Below are positions 56,690 through 64,000 of a DNA stretch of 64,000 bases, piece by piece. The notes beneath the pieces were generated by a model that saw only the letters and a program-made list of their open reading frames with translations, ran no database searches and had not been told where the DNA came from. Within the stretch, counting starts at the first letter, position 1, and every line of letters starts with the position of its first letter. The position numbers and the translations under genes are program-made. This DNA comes from the human T2T-CHM13v2.0 reference genome, Homo sapiens: assembly GCF_009914755.1 (NCBI RefSeq), contig NC_060927.1; one strand, given 5' to 3'.

Positions 56690-57750
56690 TTCAATACTTT
56701 ATTCAGTTCAATCATTCAATTAACAGACTTTTTTTTGATACTGAGCTAAATAACACAGCTAACAGAATATAGAAACATTTCTCACAGTTAAGACATTTGT
56801 ATTCTAATAGACCAGACAAGCATAAATGAATATAGATACACAAAAAAATCATACTTGTAATAATAGAATAGAGTACAGAAATAATAGAAGTATAATGAAG
56901 CAAATGGTCAATTTGGGAAAGGGTAAGAGGTAAGGTGAAATATGAACATGGTCCAAAGCCTTCATAAGAGAGACGACTGTAGACAGGAGTCTCAAAATAT
57001 GATAATAGGTATTTGCTCTGTGCACATGGTGGTTTGAAAATATGTTCATACATTCTTTGACATTCCACCCATAGAAAAGTGGAATCTAATTCCCCCTTCT
57101 TGAACATAAATCGACCTTAGCAACTCCTTTCTAATAAATAAAATGCAGCAGAAGTGACATTGCAAGCCTTTTTAGACTAGCCGTGGAAGATGATATGGCT
57201 TCCACCTGACTCTTGTTCTATTAAGACAAGCATTTTAAACCTCTGAGCCATCGTGTAAGTAGTCTGACTCTGCTGAAGCTATCATGCTGGAGAGAACATA
57301 TCAAAAGACCACAGAGAGAGGAATATCCAAAGAGCCCAGCTGTTCTAGATTTCAGCTGTCTGAGTCTTTCAAGTCCAGGTACAAGACATGTGAGTTAGCA
57401 AGTCCCAGACAATTACAGTTTTAGCCACCAACTGACTGCATTCCCATGAGTGACTCCACTGAGTAAGGACCACCTAGCTAAGCTCTGTCAACTCCCAGGA
57501 CCACCAGTAAGTGTTAGTATGATGTATTACCCAGCAGTAGATAACTAGAACAATAGATAAGAGAAGTTGCTCATGAAAAGCTATGGAGGCTGAAATCCTG
57601 ATGTTTTCGAGCAAGAACAAGTAGCTCAGTATGATCAAAGGATAGAATTTGAGTCAGGGCAAAGCAAGAGATGAGTGTGAAGAGGGCATCAGAGGCCAGG
57701 CCATGGAGGTCCTATGCCATCGAGTTTGATTTTTATCCTGAAGCTAATAG
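56690..57750 (-). mobile_element. L2 interrupted by an MLT1H LTR
   Basis: L2 end 'ttcaatcattcaattaacagac'. It resumes after 57552 with 'aagagatgagtgtgaagagggcatcagaggccaggccatggaggtcc'. Confidence 0.65.
57025..57552 (+). mobile_element. MLT1H-type MaLR solo LTR
   Basis: 'tggtggtttgaaaatatgttcatacattctttgacattcc' and 'ctgagccatcgtgtaagtagtctgactctgctgaagc', ending 'gcagtagataactagaaca'. Confidence 0.85.
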
Positions 57751-57859
57751 ATATTCATCTATATTTTGAGACCTGCTTATTTATAAATATTAGTTTATTA
57801 CTTGTGGAAATTTTATCAGCATATTATATATTAATTACTTTGTGAATAGACAAACATAT

Positions 57860-57913
57860 TCACTCACTCTCTCACATGCACACACACACAGACACACACA
57901 TACACACACACAC
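57860..57913. repeat. Imperfect (CT)/(CA)n microsatellite
   Basis: Direct observation. Confidence 0.85.
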
Positions 57914-58999
57914 TGTATTGGCCGTTTGACAAATAAATGCTCTGTAAGTGTGCTCATTTTGTTGGTATGCATCCTCTTTAGTCTCTGGAAACTCTGAAAA
58001 ACTAACTGCTTAGATTAGCACTTCACTTTACTGAAATCAAAGCAACCCCTCCTGGATAATGGCTTGTCCAGACGTATTATCAGTCAGGGGTTATTTTCTA
58101 CTCAACAGCTCCGATGGCTCTGGCTTTATTTAGAAGGATTTCAGTGCTTGGTTCAAATGGTTCATCTAAGCACTATGTGGATGGTTAACCTCTTGTGGCT
58201 ATAAAGATTACTTAGTAAGAGTCTTTAATTATAGGAACCCTGAGTGGAAAAGAGGTTAACATATTTCTCAAGTTCACACAGCTACATAGCATTAAAGCCA
58301 AAATAAGACCCACACCTTTTTCCAATTAACAGTTCTTTGCAGAATGCTTTTGACTGGCCAACTAGTGGCCATGTTAAAGCAATAAAGCCTTCAATGCTTG
58401 CTTGAAAATATTTCCAAAGAAATCTTGAGTTTGGCAAATGCTGACATTTGGCAATCTATAGCTGAAAGTTAGCATTATATTTGTAGCAGAAAACATATCT
58501 TATGTTTGTAAAAGACAACAGAGGTAGAAACAAATTTTACAATATAAAGTCTTCTCACTTTATAGATTAATATACATGTTTTGTCATAATAAACTTCTAA
58601 AGATGTGAAGAATGGAGTAGATTTACCTAAGGTGAATTTTCAGAAGCAGTATGTTATAGGCAAAAGACTATGAAATTTAAAAACAAAACAACAAAGTGTT
58701 AAATGAGGCTTATTCTATTATTTCTGAATTTCAGCCAACACCCCAAGACTAAGGAAAATAGATTATATATACTCCCTACATTCTAAAGGAAAGTGTTAGA
58801 CACAACCATGTTGGACTAACTTAAGACAGCAAAATTAATCCAGCAACTTACTCAACATAGCTATATAAAAGAAAGCTGTTTCATCAAAGAAGCTAATTGG
58901 GGTGTAAGGTTATCAGCCCTACTGATGTATATATCATTCTCCACCTCAAGGTAAGTGAGAAGACTGCTGACAGAATTGACATAAATATTAGGAATGTCT

Positions 59000-59810
59000 G
59001 AAAGGGGACTCTAGCATCTCACTCCCCAGCTGGCTATTTGGGAGGACCTGACATGTGTTGCAGGGCATGTGTAAACATGGAAGCTGGTCCCTGCCTCTCA
59101 CCTGGAGAATGCTCAAGGTGCAAGGATGGCTAAATTGATTTAAATGGCAAGACAAGTAGAGAGCACAGCAGCAGGGATCAGACTGCACTTGTATATATGG
59201 CCAGTCAAAGATGTCTGAACTCCCTTATGCCGAATTGATTCCTCAGAAGGTAGGGTTAAAAACATACTGATGGGCCCTGCCAAAGGACATCCTATAGGAA
59301 AAGCTGAAAACATGCCTCACAGTGGAGGAAGTGAAGTTTAAAGAAGTCAGTCAGAAAGTGAATCCCCTGTGTCAGCCAGCATTTGGAAACTTCATTGAAA
59401 GGGGCACTGACAGACAGACTACTGCAAGGAAGATATTGCTTTTTCCTCCTACTTCCATCCCTCTCCAGCCTCCCCTGACTCTGAAGTAGCCAACTGCTGA
59501 GTAAGTGGAGAGGAATAGTGGAAAAGCCTAGAAAACACAAGAAAATGACATTTCCCTGGCTTTACCCCTTCAAATCTCTGATGCTCAGCTGAGGTCTCAG
59601 TTGGAGCATGGGGAAAACTTTGAGTTGACAAGCGTTTGAAGATTTGCTTTAAGAAAGATTGGACTTGGTAATACTTGAAAATGAAAAATGTCCTTAAGTT
59701 AAAAGCAACTCAAAATTTGTGCAATCTCCTCAACAGACGGGGAGACACAAGGGAGCATTTTGGAATGCAAACGTAGAAGAAAAATAAAGCTGTGTCCTGA
59801 TTATAAACTA
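59000..59810 (+). mobile_element. Probable ancient Gypsy-like (MamGypLTR/LTR8x class) LTR
   Basis: GC-elevated block ending 'ttggacttggtaatacttgaaaatga...gaaaaataaagctgtgtcctgattat', similar to remembered 3' parts of this LTR class. Confidence 0.4.
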
Positions 59811-60475
59811 TTAGGATATGATTCATTCAATAAACTGGTTAGATATTGAGAAGTCTGAATGTCAACCTTGTCACTTCAGATCTGTTTGAACCCAGCTTCC
59901 TGATTTATCAAAATGGGATCATAAGACCTATGTCATAACCTGTTGGGAGGAATAACTAATATAATGCATGTACAACCACATAATACATAAAAAAGTTCTG
60001 TTTCTTCTTGTGTCTTTTCTTAGTTACCATTTTTATAATAGAGAGTTAAGGCTTCTTCTAATTAGGCTGCTTAAATAGAAATTGAGAATCAAAGTAATAT
60101 GAAGGCGTGAGCGGCATAACAGGTTTGTTACTGTGATTAGGTCTTATATTTGAATTTGCTGGAGGCCAGAACAAAATAGGTACAAAATTCTTATTACCTG
60201 ATTAAAGGAAACTTATTCTTCAAGAAAGAAAGTCTTCTTGGGTATGAAATTCTAAAAACAAAAAATTATCATTTAAAACATTATCCAGAGAACTTTTATT
60301 TATCTTGTCCAGAGATTCTAAAATGTATACATTAATTATAATATAATGGTTTATTATATTTTGTCTGTAATTTGAAAGTCAGAAAGATGTTATAGGCCAG
60401 CCCATAAAAGCTGTTTAAGTCACTTATAGCTCTTCCTTATGGTGGTATTAGTATTTCCTGAGTTCTTTGTCCTAA

Positions 60476-60785
<310 letters not shown>

Positions 60786-62829
60786 CAGAAATCTTTAATA
60801 TAACCTCTCTGTGTGTGCGTGTGTGTATGCACATGTGAGTACATACATGTGCCTGCGATGAGGACAAAGATAGTTTTGTTTTCTAAAAATTTCTTTTCTT
60901 GAAATAGATCAGTGCCCTTTCCTGTCTCACCACGTGACCCATCCAGGCCTAGTCTACAACAACATGTTCTGTGTTTTCACATTATTTGATTTCTTCTCTC
61001 CAAACAAATTCATATTGTCAAGGCCCTTGCTGAGTTTAGAAGGCAAACAATCTGATTAAATTAATTCATACTAACATGTAAATGCCTACATACCATTTAA
61101 CATTCCCAGAAATGTTTGCAATTTTATTCGGTATTTTTTAGCCTGGATATTTTAATTATAGAAATGTCAGGTAGCATAACAAAATGAAATGAAAAACATC
61201 AACTGCCAAAACCCAATCAACATGCCCTATTCCCTTAAAGCCCTGAGTCTTTGTATAGCACTTTGTATAGTAATTTCTTATGCTGAGAGAATGGAACAGC
61301 CGGGATAACAGCCAATTTATGCATGGGCTATGTATGAAGTAGGCTTTTCTAATTCAAAGACTGACTTCCTTTATTACAAAATCTCATTCAAAATATACAG
61401 CTCATCTATACTGTATTTTTAATTATATTGGATCATTTGAAATATTTCTAAATGTCTCTAAGTTACTAATAGTCAAACTAAATGAGAAAAAAAGTCTACA
61501 AAAGAATAATCTCTCTGAAAAAAAAAATCTATTTGACTTGTCAAATGGGGATAAGCTATGAATTATCGAAAGCAGAGGCCAAGTAGGCCTTAAACTGCTG
61601 AGGCCCACTCAGCAAAGACATGACATTCTTCAAAGAAAGTTTGTGTTCCTGTTCTTATCCAAGATTTTTAGTGTTTTGTAAATAACAATCTGGCTGTTCA
61701 TTTATGTGTGATGAATGATTTTCTGAGCAGCTCAACACTAAATTTACAGACTTTGAAAGGAGTGAATTGTCCCTTTGACCAACAATACTGAACAGGCTCC
61801 AGGGAGCAAAACAGTAGAAGGAGCAAGGAAATATTTGTCAGCCACCCTGAAACCCTATGGTTTTCCCTGTGAATTATGGTGCTTTGTTTAATAAATGCTG
61901 ATGTTTACTTGATTGGAGCAAAGCATTGTTAAAATGGTTTTAAAACAGAAAGAACTTTCTTAAATGTCCCTAATCTCTGCTCATTTTTTTAGAGGCTGAC
62001 TGACTGGTATGATGGCCTGCAAGACAGTAGTCTGAATTCAAATGTTAGATCTGATAGTAAACCCTTGACTTGACTTTGGACTGTTTACTTAATCAATGAA
62101 GTTCTCATTTTCCTTTATATCTAAAATATGATGGTTAATGCTATATTGTATATGATCTTTTTCATGAAACTGGCTGTCTCCTTAAGCTTAACTACAGACC
62201 AATGTGCCACAACTACCCCATAATGCCCACTCCTGATTCAAGCAATATTTTCAAGCTTTGCCTTCAGCATCCCAGCTTAATACTCCCAGTAAATTAGCAA
62301 TGAAGTCTTGGCCTTTTTACCTTTATATCTTATCTTCCTACTCATCTCACCTTGCCACTTTGAGATGTGGTAATAACATAGTTTACAACTGATTCAGAAA
62401 TCCTGATGTTTGTTAGTGTTTGCTAGTTGCTCCCCTTGTCCCACAAGCCCCATACCTTGCATTCATAGTAAGAAAAATTCATAGTATATAATTTTCTGGT
62501 ATTTAGTACAAGCAACCTGTAAACTATAGGGCAAGAGCTTCCTGCTCCATCCAGAGCATAAGAAAGAGTATCTATGAGCTCTAACATACTATGCCTCTTT
62601 ATCTTAATGGAAGTACTAATTCCATTATCTTCTACATCCTCTGAATTCAGTGCCTTGGGTGATTTTTTATTCTTTAATAGCTAGAGCCTATAAATCTACT
62701 TTGTAATCACATGTATTGACTGTTCTTTCATAATCTGTCAAAAAATATCCTTTTATTTTTATTACCCAGAATATCCGCTTTTTCTTCTTAAAGTAGTCCA
62801 GCTTTCCTTTGTATGATTCATTTAGATTT

Positions 62830-63385
62830 CAGATTCAACAGCACATTAATGGGAGCTGCAGCCCTGGTAATGGATGAGATCACTCAGTAGAAACACAGAT
62901 TGAGAAGGCTAGAGAGAGCAAACCAATGCTTTAGGGTCAGGCAAGTGAGAAGGCATCAAAAAAAAAAAAAAGAGAGAGAGAGAGATCAAAAACATTAACA
63001 GTGAAAAAGCTTAGTAGAAAAAGAGAAGTAGAAAAAAAAAAAAATAGAACGCTATCTAAGAGGCCAAGAAAAAGAAGCCATCTCATGTGGAAAGGAGATG
63101 GGGTATGTACACAGAACAGAGTTCATGTCAAAAAACAATTTAAAGAGATTTGACAATATGAAGATAGTAATGATTCAAAGAGTTGCAAATGTCAGCTTGC
63201 AGAGGGTGGAAACATGAATGGTAAATGAGTAAGGTTTTGCCATGTTTATAAGAAAATGGGATGACAGTTACAAGGTAATAGAAAGAAGGGACAAGATTCA
63301 AAAGAAGATGGTGTTTGAACAAAAATTACTTTAGAATGTTTGTAGGAAAAGGGTCTGGCAGAGAGAAAGAGACAGAAGATAGAAG
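62830..63385 (-). mobile_element. L2 internal fragment
   Basis: 'gccctggtaatggatgagatcactcagtag' and 'ctaagaggccaagaaaaagaagcc'. Confidence 0.55.
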
Positions 63386-63396
63386 AAAAAGGGGCC

Positions 63397-63525
63397 TGGC
63401 CTGGTGTGATTCCTCACACCTGTAATCACAACAGTTTGTGTTGTGTTGAGGCCAAGGTGGGAGAATCACTTGAGGCTAGGAGGTCGAGACCAGCTTGGGA
63501 AATGTAGTGAGACCCTGTGTCTAAA
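63397..63525 (+). mobile_element. FLAM (free left Alu monomer)
   Basis: 'ctcacacctgtaatcacaac...gaggccaaggtgggagaatcacttgaggctaggaggtcgagaccagc...gagaccctgtgtctaaaa'. Confidence 0.85.
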
Positions 63526-63675
63526 AGAAAGAGAGGGAAAAGAGAAAAGGAAGGAAGGAAGAAAGGAAGGAGGAAAGGGAGGAAGGAAGGAAGGAAGGAA
63601 AGAAGGAAGGAAGGAAAAGAGAGAGAGGAAGGAAGGAAGGCAGGAAGGCAGGAGAAAAGAAGAAAAGAAAAGAGA
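63523..63675 (+). repeat. GGAA/GAAA homopurine microsatellite grown from the FLAM tail
   Basis: Purine-only from 63523 to 63640. The longest pure run is (GGAA)5 at 63581-63600. Confidence 0.95.
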
Positions 63676-64000
63676 TAAAGGATATCTGAGGCAAACATCT
63701 AAAAGTGGCAAGAGAGAACGAAATTTGGAATCTGATAACAATTTAAGGAAAAGTGAGTCAGTGAGTGTCTTTTTCCCCAATTAACTTTTCAGTTATGCTA
63801 TTATTGTGTTCCTTCCACTCCAGATACTTAAACCAACCCCTGCTAAAATTTGAAGTTCTATTTTGCCTAGTCTACACCAAAATGATAGCAGTACAATGAC
63901 CCTTTGCCATTCTAGTGTATCACAATGTTTACTATTATTCATCAATAAATATTTAAAAGGGGCCTGCCTTAAATGTAAATATTTAGGTTTTATGTAAGTG

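Noticed and set aside
63426-63784. Three overlapping low-complexity ORFs (RKEG / PSFL repeats)
   Set aside because: They are translations of the GGAA microsatellite and FLAM.

Overview
AT-rich, CpG-poor primate (almost certainly human) nuclear DNA, intergenic or deep intronic, with no intact protein-coding gene that I can support. Much of the window is interspersed repeat: about a dozen Alu/FLAM/FRAM copies (one young AluYa5-lineage element), old L1/HAL1 fragments including a ~4 kb mosaic L1, a short L1PA3-type 3' end, many L2/MIR/CR1 relics, MaLR/ERVL LTRs (MLT1, THE1, MST, MLT2A, MER21, LTR16) and MER5-type DNA transposon relics. The one gene-derived feature is a disabled processed pseudogene of ANAPC15 on the minus strand (17880-18226), which the ORF track misses. 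The first ~0.9 kb may be the end of an upstream plus-strand gene. I found no evidence of a new multi-gene system. The best leads are splice-signal architectures (a candidate recursive site/microexon at 38.5 kb and possible minus-strand exons downstream of an MLT2A LTR), a tail-less retrocopy, a possibly polymorphic Alu and several exact local duplications. Repeat subfamilies are called by eye from remembered consensus sequences, and boundaries of old repeats are approximate.
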